The notes under the pieces are model-generated. The model was given only the letters and a program-made list of their open reading frames with translations. It searched no databases and was not told where the DNA came from. A program made the position numbers and the translations under genes. Shown here in pieces: positions 7,283-17,770 of a stretch of 64,000 bases of DNA. The stretch lies in assembly GCA_965238265.1 (NCBI GenBank), contig OZ250185.1, forward strand, positions 989,153-1,053,152. Reading direction: 5' to 3'. This DNA comes from Chloroflexota bacterium (GTDB lineage: Bacteria > Chloroflexota > UBA11872 > UBA12225 > JAJDUF01). Each line of letters begins with the position of its first letter. Position 1 is the stretch's first letter.

Positions 7283-9928
7283 CTAGAGTCGGCGCAGCCC
7301 CCGGCGGTCGTAGCGGCAGCGTCGCTCGCCAAGGGGGAACTCGAATCCGTCACCGTCCGGCGACGGTACTACCGACTCTGGTTCCTTACCGGACGGCAGC
7401 CAGTCCATCCGCAACGCCAACTTGTCAATCTGCTGCGAGCTGTCGAACGGGCTGGGCTGCGGGGGATCGAGGATTACGTCTAGCCGGTCGTCGCCGAGGC
7501 GCGTGCGTATCCGCTCCTCCTTGCCTGCAAAGGCGATGCCCTGATCGAGGAAAGTCTTGCAGCGCTCAATGACGACATGCTGGCCAGTGACGTTGTCCGC
7601 GATTCTCGCGCCCTCGACCTCGTTTGCATGGACAATCCAGTCCTCGCCCATTCCCCGCGTAATGGCTTTCAGCGCGCCCGGATGCGTGGCCCGCTCCACC
7701 AGCCGCCGGTTCATCTCCGGGATGCGCCACTCGGGATATTCGTCAATCAGCCGCCGCGTCGCTTCCAGTATCCGCAAGTCCTCGTACACATGGCCGTGTG
7801 GCCCCAAGCCGTTCGCGTTCGGCGTGCGCTCCAGCAATGGGGCGAGGTCGTTGTCCGGCGGCGTCAGGACGGTGCAGGCGGGCGTCGTATGGCCGGCCGG
7901 CCGGTCGTGGTGCTCGTGCCGATGGAGGCGGCCGATGCGCTGGAGCAGCACGTCCGCCGGGCAGAGGTCGGTAATCAGCAGGTCCGCGTCAATATCCAGC
8001 GACTGCTCCAGCGTTTGCGTGCCGACGACGATATGTCCACCGCCGGGCGGCTGTTTGCCAAGCTGCCGTTCCACCTCCTCATCCAGCAACCGGCGGTCCG
8101 CGGCGGCGAACCGGCCATGATGCAGCGTTGGCTTGCCGCAGACGGTGAACAGCAGCCCGGCGTCGGCGGGGCCGGCCAGCTCTTCTATCGCTTGCTGGGT
8201 ATTGATGGCGTAGTCAACGGTGTTGCGAACCACCAGGACCTTTGCACCGGCACGGGCGGCCGTCAAGGCGCGGTGGGCGGTGTCGTCGAAGTCGTGCATC
8301 CTGGAAACCGCCGTGATATGGACGCGCTTGCGCTGGTCGTTCTCGTTGGCCGCGAGGACCGCTTCACGGCCGTCTCCCAGTGTGGTGACCGCCGGGTATG
8401 CGGTGTTGATCGCGTCATCCAGCGAGAGGGACGGGGCCTCGCTGGTGCGGCGCGGCCGGAAGAGCCAGCGCAAGCGGGCCGCCGAGCCGAGCGTGGCGGA
8501 CATGAGCAAGGCGTAGCCGCCGGCGCCGATGTGGGCAGCGAGCAATTGCTCCAGAATGGCGCTCATGTAGGTGTCGGAAGCGTGAACCTCGTCTACGACC
8601 AAGAGATTGCGCGCCAGGCACGCGGCCCGCATATGGGCGTTCTTGACTTGGAGCGCGCCCAGCATCGCCTGGTCTACGGTGCCGACGGCGATCTGGGCAG
8701 CGAGGAACCGCTTGGGGTTCTCGGCAGCCCACGGTCTGTCGCGGTTGTAGTCCGGCAATTCCACGCCGGCGGCATCCGCGTCAGGTTCGTAGCCGGGGAC
8801 GGCGAGCACCACGGGCGGCCTGTGCTGTGGCAGCAGCTTGCCGATGAAGCGCTTGACGCGCCCGTGGATCTGGACGGCGGCCGCTCGCGTGGGCAGGGCG
8901 AAGTAGAGGCCGTCCACCAACTGTCGCTCGTACATCTTGGCAAAGCGCCAGAGCGCGGCCTCCGTCTTGCCGGAGCCGGTTTCGGACTCGATGATGACCA
9001 GCTGCTGATCCAGCGGCGTGCGCTGTGCAGTCGCTTGGATGGCGTTCGGCGTGGGTGAACCGGGTATGTCGAACAGCTCTCCGAACTCCGGTACGCGAGT
9101 AAAGCCGTTCCGCTGACCGAGTAAGTCCAGCCCTATCGCGCCGATGGCCTGCTTCGCCTGTCGCTGGGCCGCCTCGAAGTAGTCGTCCCGGTGTTCGTCA
9201 ACAAACGGGAACCAGTCCTCGTTGGAGCCAATCCAGTCGGCCCAGTTGCACAGTCCCAGGAACATGTGCTGGAAGGCGGGAGCGGACGGCAGTGGCGGGG
9301 CACCAGAGTCGAACGCCGCCGGGAACCATTGGCGCACCAGCTTGCCGATCCGCGCGACGCAGCGGCGCGGGTGAAGCTCGCCAAAGGAGCACCAGACGCG
9401 CGCGTTCTCCGACCGGCTGTCATGCAGATTCAGCGGCTCACCGTGATGCGACAGCGCCGCGACGAATAACGCACACGCGGTCACGCCGCCATCGCTATCC
9501 CAGGACAGAACGTCATCATCCCATCCCAGCGCCTCGAAGAACCACGCGGCAGTTTCCCCGTCCCTGCCAGTAAGCACGGGTACTAGGTCTGCCGTGTGTC
9601 CGGTGCGCGGTGGTTTCCTCTTGTTCGACAGGTCTTCCGGGCGCCAGATTCGCGCCTGGAAGCCGACGTTTACCTTGCCGATATCGTGCAGGGCAGCGAA
9701 GACAGCCAGACGCGCAGCGGTTGCGTCGTCGAGGTGGTCGAAACCAGCGGTCCAGGCCAGCCGGTTCCGGATGATCGGTTGGGCCAGCAGTGCCTCGAAG
9801 CAGGCGCCGACATCGGCAAGGTGGTACTCGAGCAGGTGAATGTCCTCCGGACCCCGTTGCCGGCCAGGGGCCGCCTTGGCCCAGAACAGCCTGGTGTAGG
9901 CCGGTGTGCCCTCTACCCGGCCGACCAC
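7283..9928 (-). CDS. cas3: Cas3 HD-nuclease / SF2 helicase (type I-E). A GTG start is predicted at 9928, overlapping the vapC stop.
   Basis: The 881-aa ORF has an N-terminal HD domain (...HLLEYHLADVGACFEALL..., HD motifs), helicase motifs (GSGKTEAAL Walker A, DEVH-type motif II) and a C-terminal domain. Confidence 0.88.
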   Translation of the reverse strand: MVGRVEGTPAYTRLFWAKAAPGRQRGPEDIHLLEYHLADVGACFEALLAQPIIRNRLAWTAGFDHLDDATAARLAVFAALHDIGKVNVGFQARIWRPEDLSNKRKPPRTGHTADLVPVLTGRDGETAAWFFEALGWDDDVLSWDSDGGVTACALFVAALSHHGEPLNLHDSRSENARVWCSFGELHPRRCVARIGKLVRQWFPAAFDSGAPPLPSAPAFQHMFLGLCNWADWIGSNEDWFPFVDEHRDDYFEAAQRQAKQAIGAIGLDLLGQRNGFTRVPEFGELFDIPGSPTPNAIQATAQRTPLDQQLVIIESETGSGKTEAALWRFAKMYERQLVDGLYFALPTRAAAVQIHGRVKRFIGKLLPQHRPPVVLAVPGYEPDADAAGVELPDYNRDRPWAAENPKRFLAAQIAVGTVDQAMLGALQVKNAHMRAACLARNLLVVDEVHASDTYMSAILEQLLAAHIGAGGYALLMSATLGSAARLRWLFRPRRTSEAPSLSLDDAINTAYPAVTTLGDGREAVLAANENDQRKRVHITAVSRMHDFDDTAHRALTAARAGAKVLVVRNTVDYAINTQQAIEELAGPADAGLLFTVCGKPTLHHGRFAAADRRLLDEEVERQLGKQPPGGGHIVVGTQTLEQSLDIDADLLITDLCPADVLLQRIGRLHRHEHHDRPAGHTTPACTVLTPPDNDLAPLLERTPNANGLGPHGHVYEDLRILEATRRLIDEYPEWRIPEMNRRLVERATHPGALKAITRGMGEDWIVHANEVEGARIADNVTGQHVVIERCKTFLDQGIAFAGKEERIRTRLGDDRLDVILDPPQPSPFDSSQQIDKLALRMDWLPSGKEPESVVPSPDGDGFEFPLGERRCRYDRRGLRRL

Positions 9929-10338
9929 GGATTCATTACCTCAATCCCACAGCCGGCAAAGTCATCCACATCCCGGGTCGCAACCCGTGCCCCTCGGGAG
10001 CGGGCAATCGCTGCGATCTGGCAGTCGGCCTGATTGATCGGCCGGCCAGCGGCACGGCGATCCGCCGCGATCACCGCGAATGCTCGGGCGGCCGCACTGT
10101 CGAAGGGCAAGATACGGTCGGCGAATAGGACACCGAAGGCACGCTCGGCCGCGGCAGCCAGACCGTGCCGCCGTCTTCCACCGGGCAACAGTGCGATGCC
10201 GCTGCGGATCTCCGCCTCAGTGACAGCGGTCACGAATAGGGTGCTCGCCAGCTGCTGGTCCAGCCAAGCAAGGACCTCCGGCTGCGGGTAGTCCCGCATC
10301 AGTTCCGAGACAACATTGGTATCCAGAACGATCATCAC
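9913..10338 (-). CDS. vapC: PIN-domain toxin VapC/FitB-like (copy A)
   Basis: The 141-aa ORF carries the four conserved PIN acidic residues (IVLDTNVV, TEAEI, DCQIAAIA, TRDVDDF). Confidence 0.85.
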   Translation of the reverse strand: MMIVLDTNVVSELMRDYPQPEVLAWLDQQLASTLFVTAVTEAEIRSGIALLPGGRRRHGLAAAAERAFGVLFADRILPFDSAAARAFAVIAADRRAAGRPINQADCQIAAIARSRGARVATRDVDDFAGCGIEVMNPWSAG

Positions 10339-10345
10339 CGTTGGC

Positions 10346-10630
10346 TCAGTCGAACCGGGGCGGTTCCCGCATCGGTTCCCGCGGCGGGATATCCAGCTCT
10401 ACGCTGCCGAAAGGCTTGAAAAGCTCGTGGATGGCTGTACCGAGGTTTCTTACGGGGGCTTTCTCCTGCCCGAGCGCGGCTCGCAGGATGTCATGCACCT
10501 CCTCTTCCAGGGAGTGGCCATGCTGGGCCGCCCGGCGGCGGAGGCGCTGCTGTAGGCTCTCGTCGAGGTTACGGACCGTGATACTGGCCATGCTCGTACC
10601 TCCGTCTGTCAACTCATTCCATCGTACCAC
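10346..10630 (-). CDS. vapB: VapB/FitA-like antitoxin (copy A). The probable true start is the internal Met at about 10591 (MASITVRNLDESLQQRL...).
   Basis: Small ORF immediately upstream of vapC that ends 8 nt before the vapC start. Its FitA-like N-terminus is typical of a plasmid-stability-protein antitoxin. Confidence 0.75.
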   Translation of the reverse strand: MVRWNELTDGGTSMASITVRNLDESLQQRLRRRAAQHGHSLEEEVHDILRAALGQEKAPVRNLGTAIHELFKPFGSVELDIPPREPMREPPRFD

Positions 10631-10715
10631 GACTGCACCGCAAGCAATTGGCCGGCCGAAGGCGGCGGGCGTCGTAGTCCAGAATGGAGAGCGGATTAGG
10701 GGTTCCGCGAGTATG

Positions 10716-10750
10716 GGTAGTGTTGCCTCACTCTCTCCGCTCGCCTATAA
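10716..10750 (+). promoter_or_regulatory. Near-consensus sigma70-like promoter TTGCCT-N17-TATAAT inside repeat copy A. It faces rightwards, antisense to the recombinase fragment. An identical copy lies at about 26507-26541.
   Basis: Motif read directly from the sequence (ttgcctcactctctccgctcgcctataat). Function unknown. Confidence 0.35.
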
Positions 10751-10788
10751 TTGCCGGGCGCAATGACCGGGGCGCTGGGCTTGGGAAC

Positions 10789-11240
10789 CTACAGGGGCAC
10801 CACCAATTCAAACGTGGTACTGCGTACAGTCCCCTCAGGCCCACCAGAATGTACTGTACTGCGAACTCGCCCATTCAGGGCGATCTCTGCGGCGTCCGCT
10901 CCACCTATCGGAGAGTCTTCCGGCGTGGGTATGGAGTAGACGATGGCGGCCCTGCCGGGCTTGACCTCGATCTCCTTGACGAAGGGCCGGACGAAGACCC
11001 TGGTCTCCGTCAGTTCGCTGGTCTTCAGGAAGTCGCTCATCTCCTCGGCGAAGGCGGCGATGGTGTCGGCGCTGTCGAGGAACTGCCGCCGCTCTGCCAG
11101 CAGCCCTCTGGCCTCCTCTGCGGCGACCTCCAGCTTCTCCTTGCGCTCCCGGTGCTCCCTGATGCGCTCGGAGGCGTCGGCCATCTCGATGTCGGTGGTC
11201 TCGATGACCTGCCGGATGCGGCCCAGCCGCCGCTTGGTCG
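10789..11240 (-). pseudogene. C-terminal fragment (~150 aa) of a large serine recombinase: coiled-coil plus the C-terminal ...FVKEIEVKPGRAAIVYSIPTPEDSPIGGADAAEIALNGRVRSTVHSGGPEGT... segment. The N-terminal catalytic domain is absent.
   Basis: The C-terminal half of ORF 10789-11778 resembles the conserved tail of large serine recombinases, whereas its N-terminal 180 aa are low-complexity nonsense. Confidence 0.45.
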
Positions 11241-11536
11241 AGGATGCCCCGGAGAAGGAGGTCCACCGCGAGCGGCTGAATACCACCGTGGTCGCCCTGG
11301 ACCTCGACGACGGCGAGATCACCGACATCGCCGCATAGCTCAGACGGCTCACTCTGAGCCGCAACACGCAGCAGTCGCTGTTCTCTGAGCTGAGTTCATG
11401 GCCGAAGAGCCGGTCAAGCCCAAGGGCCGAAGCCGCAAGGCCCAGCCTACGTCGATGTCCATGTTCGAGTGGGCGCTGACTCTGGAATAGGAGCGCGAGA
11501 CGGTCGGCGCGGGGCGCTAGGCCGAATACAGGGGGA

Positions 11537-11572
11537 GGACACCGCGATGATGCGGTGTCCTCCCCCTCCTGC
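11537..11572. repeat. Perfect 15-bp-stem hairpin GGGGGAGGACACCGC-gatgat-GCGGTGTCCTCCCCC. It is followed by a 30-bp motif (catgtatgcggcctttttgcgtttcagggtc) that recurs in diverged form at about 11958-11990.
   Basis: Read directly from the sequence. It may be an att-site or terminator remnant next to the recombinase fragment. Confidence 0.5.
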
Positions 11573-12707
11573 CCATGTATGCGGCCTTTTTGCGTTTCAG
11601 GGTCTTTGAGGCTTTGGCCGAGTATCGGTTGGAATCTCTCACACAGCCCGGTTGGATAATCGGACTGGTCGTGTATGAGAGCGTAAGCGGATTCCAAGCG
11701 GTAGGCAGTAATCCAGCGTTTCGGAGTAATCCAGCATATGGGCAGTTCATGGAGAACTACCCGCCAACTATCTTCCAAGCGACACTAGTTGTCTAACACT
11801 CTAGCATTGATAGGTAACGGAGTTACGCTTGGTCACAATCACCGTAGGGGTGGGTTTCAAACTCGCCTTATCGGCGTTAGGACACAAATCCTGCATATGC
11901 TGTCCATACCACGCCAATCCCGACTGCCCATCATTTCAAAGTTTTTCGTCTACTAGGCCATGTGTGCGGGCCTTTTTCGTTTCAGGGCCTCCGTCCATGT
12001 ATGCAGCCCTCGCCCGGCCTCGGTGCCCGGTGGCTTCCCACCCGCCGCGCGGGGTGTGATCATCCTGTCTACCAGGATGCCGACGCCGCTCGCCCGGCGG
12101 AACGTCTTGCGAGGGGGGCGTGTGTGCCCTCCCTTTTAGGACCCGCAAATCACGACGGTGTCACCGGTGTAATAGACGTGTACAGGAATCTGCACTGGAG
12201 TCCGCCGGGTGCTAGAGGGGTCGTTTGCCCACGCTACCAGATAGAAAACGGGGGCCACCGCGGGTCGCATGGTGCCATTCCAGCAAGCACTTGGGTACCG
12301 GGGCTGGTTCCAAGGCGATGGCCACGCCGCGGCTAGGGGTGGTGGCCAAGTGCCCCAGAGAAGGATGGCCAACATTGGCCACGCCGGAATTGGGGCAAAA
12401 TGGGGGCCACCGCGCCTGGACACCGCTCCCCACCGCCTGGCGCACGGGCAACCGGAGGCGGTGTGGCGTCTGTGGCAGGTGCTCACGCTGGGTGTGTGGT
12501 GGTCGGAGCCACCGCTGACGAGTGGCCACATGGGAGCAAGCACTTTAGGCTGGGAGATGCCGAAGCAGTTGCCACCGCCGGTCGCCCACGAGGGGTACCC
12601 CTGCCCCCGGTGAGCAGTGGCTCAAGTATCACGCCTTGCGCTCCTGCACGCCGCTTCAGCAGCCGGGAGGCCCTGATCGAAGTGCGCCACGCGCTTTGAC
12701 CGGCACC

Positions 12708-15844
<3,137 letters not shown>

Positions 15845-15925
15845 GGCGTCCGTCCTGCCCCGGACATGACATGGTCATTCCAATTGGGCAGCTGGCTCTT
15901 TCGCTGTAGCCCTATGTAGTCGTTG

Positions 15926-16306
15926 TCACGGTGCCGCTGAACGCTCTTCAATGATGACTTCGCCGTCGGCCCATGTTTCCAGCGTTACGCTACTGTCCCA
16001 GAGCAGATCCATTCCAAGCAGCGGGACACTATCCGATTGCAGCACCAGCGCATCAGCCAAGCGTCCGTGCCAGGATACCGTAGCACGGTAGGTATTGAAT
16101 TCGAATGGCTCCCCATTGGCCAACTCGAAGATTCGATAACCTGCCGAAGGAAGTCCCAACCGCCGAATGGCATCCGGGGGTAGTGTCAAGTAGCCGGTGA
16201 ATCCGGTGTCCAAGACGACCTCCAATTCTTGGAGGCGGTCCTCGCTGTCCATAACGGCTAAGGTAATCAAGGCTTGTTGGTACTGGTTTACTTTTCCCCT
16301 AATCAT
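15926..16306 (-). CDS. Retropepsin-like (clan AA) aspartic protease with a DTGF motif (VLDTGFTGYL)
   Basis: 126-aa ORF with a single D-T-G active-site motif followed by F, the size expected of a homodimeric retropepsin. Its ATGA start overlaps the stop of the upstream small ORF. Local GC is about 52-54%. Confidence 0.65.
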   Translation of the reverse strand: MIRGKVNQYQQALITLAVMDSEDRLQELEVVLDTGFTGYLTLPPDAIRRLGLPSAGYRIFELANGEPFEFNTYRATVSWHGRLADALVLQSDSVPLLGMDLLWDSSVTLETWADGEVIIEERSAAP

Positions 16307-16572
16307 GGCTTGAACGTCAAGCTCCCGCCGCCCATGCTGTAGGCAGCGCGATAACCGACCCGCAGTCCATAGATGACGGCATCCGACCGCCGTTGCTGCA
16401 ATCGGCGCGTGGCTGTTGCGTCGTTGGCATCCAACTCGTAATCGCCGGTTTCGATGTCAATGACCACGAACTTGCCGTGTTCCTGCGGCTCCACCAAGCG
16501 GCGTATCTTTTCCCGGTAGATCGCCTCGCCGCGAGCGCATGCCTCCTTGGGGCTATAAGTCCGGGTTGTCAT
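16303..16572 (-). CDS. Small 89-aa protein of unknown function, translationally coupled to the aspartic protease
   Basis: An ORF with a 4-bp ATGA overlap onto the downstream protease gene. No fold was recognised by eye. Confidence 0.5.
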   Translation of the reverse strand: MTTRTYSPKEACARGEAIYREKIRRLVEPQEHGKFVVIDIETGDYELDANDATATRRLQQRRSDAVIYGLRVGYRAAYSMGGGSLTFKP

Positions 16573-16639
16573 AGCATCCTCCCGTTGGCAGTCGCCGATG
16601 ACGCCGCGTGTAACGGCTCCATACCAGTATACCGGGCGC

Positions 16640-16860
16640 TAGTTGTCAGACGGTCCGCTGCCGGGCCCCAGCGTCGGCCCGGCCGGGCGGGTCAGCCGGC
16701 GGAAGGAGCCATACAGCGCATCGGCGGGAGGTCCGCTCGGCGCCGGGGGCGTCGGGGGCGATGTCCGGCCCGTGCGCCACCCGCCAGCCGAGGGCGGCCA
16801 GCCAGTCAAGGGCGGCGGCCTCAACGTCGGCTTCGGTGAGGGTCATTGGCGCGTTCACTG
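16640..16860 (-). pseudogene. Decayed ~220-bp duplicate of the hsdR 5' end: about 85% identical to 15598-15850 with a ~60-bp internal deletion and frameshifts
   Basis: ORF 16646-16858 ([42 protein letters not shown]...) parallels the HsdR N-terminus, and the nucleotide alignment to 15598-15850 is visible by eye. Confidence 0.7.
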
Positions 16861-17745
16861 GTTTCTAGCCTTTGCCCACATCAGTGATGACCGTCGAAAG
16901 GCTGACATTTTGGCCGTGTACCGATAGGCATTAGGCGGTTCTAGGTGGGAATTCGAGAGGTGTTCGATCAAGGCACCATACAGAGCAGCCAAATGCGTAC
17001 CTGGTATCGAACCGCCTTCTGTCTCCGCGCCTTCGGCGAAGAACCAGTCATAATCCGATTGTGCAACTTCAACAGGATATTTGTGAATTGAGATGCCTTC
17101 CTGCCCATCCATTTTCCCGTAGCATATGATTCCTTTGTTCAAGAGCACCGACATATTAGGCAGCAAACTAGGATCAACCGACGAGAGAAGAGTCATCACT
17201 TTTCCGAATTCGAAATCGCCACCATCTATACATAGAAGAAATGCATATAGGCTGTTCAAATATTTGTTCGGGCTGGCTAGCACGATATCATTCATTGATG
17301 TGGAGTCCTTAAGTCCTCCATGGAAGGTGTTTTCTACAAGAGGTCTATCCATTCCAGAAATCTGTTGCAAAACGTCATGCAGTTTCTCATAATAACGTTC
17401 GGACTGATAATAGGTTGATTTCACCTCACCGATTGCATATACGGAGGTTACGGGTACGTACTCGGTGCCATCTTTGGTAGTCAGCAACGACGGGAGGCTG
17501 AAATTGTCGGCGATGATTACATCCAATTGCGGGCTGACCAGATTGCTTGAATCGATGAGGTGACCGCTTGTAACATAGTAACGAGGCGGCAACATACGTT
17601 TCAAGTAGTCACGAACCGATTGTTCAACCTGGTTTCCAGCCGCTCTAATGTCTGTGGGGTGAATTCGAATGGCCTCCTCGCGTGCTCGCTGTAGGGCTTC
17701 CGCATCCGATTTGAAGATTCCTGCGAGGTTTAGGGTACTTGGCAT
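16855..17745 (-). CDS. Hypothetical 296-aa protein with a candidate PD-(D/E)xK nuclease motif (QLDVIIAD ... YAIGEVKST). It lies between hsdS and the hsdR remnant, and its GC (~48%) is well below that of its neighbours.
   Basis: The motif spacing (D ~30 aa before E-x-K) is consistent with a restriction-endonuclease-like fold. The composition shift is visible by eye, and no other homology was recognised. Confidence 0.45.
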   Translation of the reverse strand: MPSTLNLAGIFKSDAEALQRAREEAIRIHPTDIRAAGNQVEQSVRDYLKRMLPPRYYVTSGHLIDSSNLVSPQLDVIIADNFSLPSLLTTKDGTEYVPVTSVYAIGEVKSTYYQSERYYEKLHDVLQQISGMDRPLVENTFHGGLKDSTSMNDIVLASPNKYLNSLYAFLLCIDGGDFEFGKVMTLLSSVDPSLLPNMSVLLNKGIICYGKMDGQEGISIHKYPVEVAQSDYDWFFAEGAETEGGSIPGTHLAALYGALIEHLSNSHLEPPNAYRYTAKMSAFRRSSLMWAKARNQ

Positions 17746-17770
17746 CTACTTGTCCCTTTATTATACGTAC

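Larger units (their letters stand above)
9915..10835. repeat. Direct repeat copy A, ~920 bp and >99% identical to 25705-26640. It carries vapB, vapC, the last ~17 codons of a serine recombinase gene and an outward-facing promoter-like element.
   Basis: Base-by-base comparison of the two regions shows only about three mismatches. Six-frame ORFs 9913-10338 and 25704-26129 give identical proteins, as do 10346-10630 and 26137-26421. Confidence 0.9.

Noticed and set aside
7297-7325. Third degenerate CRISPR repeat-like segment (cgctcgccaagggggaactc) at the 3' end of cas3
   Set aside because: It matches only the 3' half of the repeat, lies inside coding sequence, and is in the wrong orientation relative to the mini-array. 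It is most probably coincidental.
7577-9058. 493-aa plus-strand ORF antisense to cas3
   Set aside because: Low-complexity Arg/Gly/Ala-rich translation that lies entirely within cas3 on the opposite strand. It is a GC-driven open frame.
10789-11778. Full-length 329-aa ORF as an intact recombinase
   Set aside because: Only the C-terminal ~150 residues resemble a serine recombinase. The N-terminal 180 aa are nonsense and there is no catalytic Ser domain, so only a fragment is called.
12100-12700. Possible genes among overlapping ORFs 11962-12699 (GH(A/M)G-rich peptides)
   Set aside because: The peptide periodicity comes from the recurring TGGCCA DNA motif. No frame gives a protein-like sequence, so the region is treated as non-coding or decayed.
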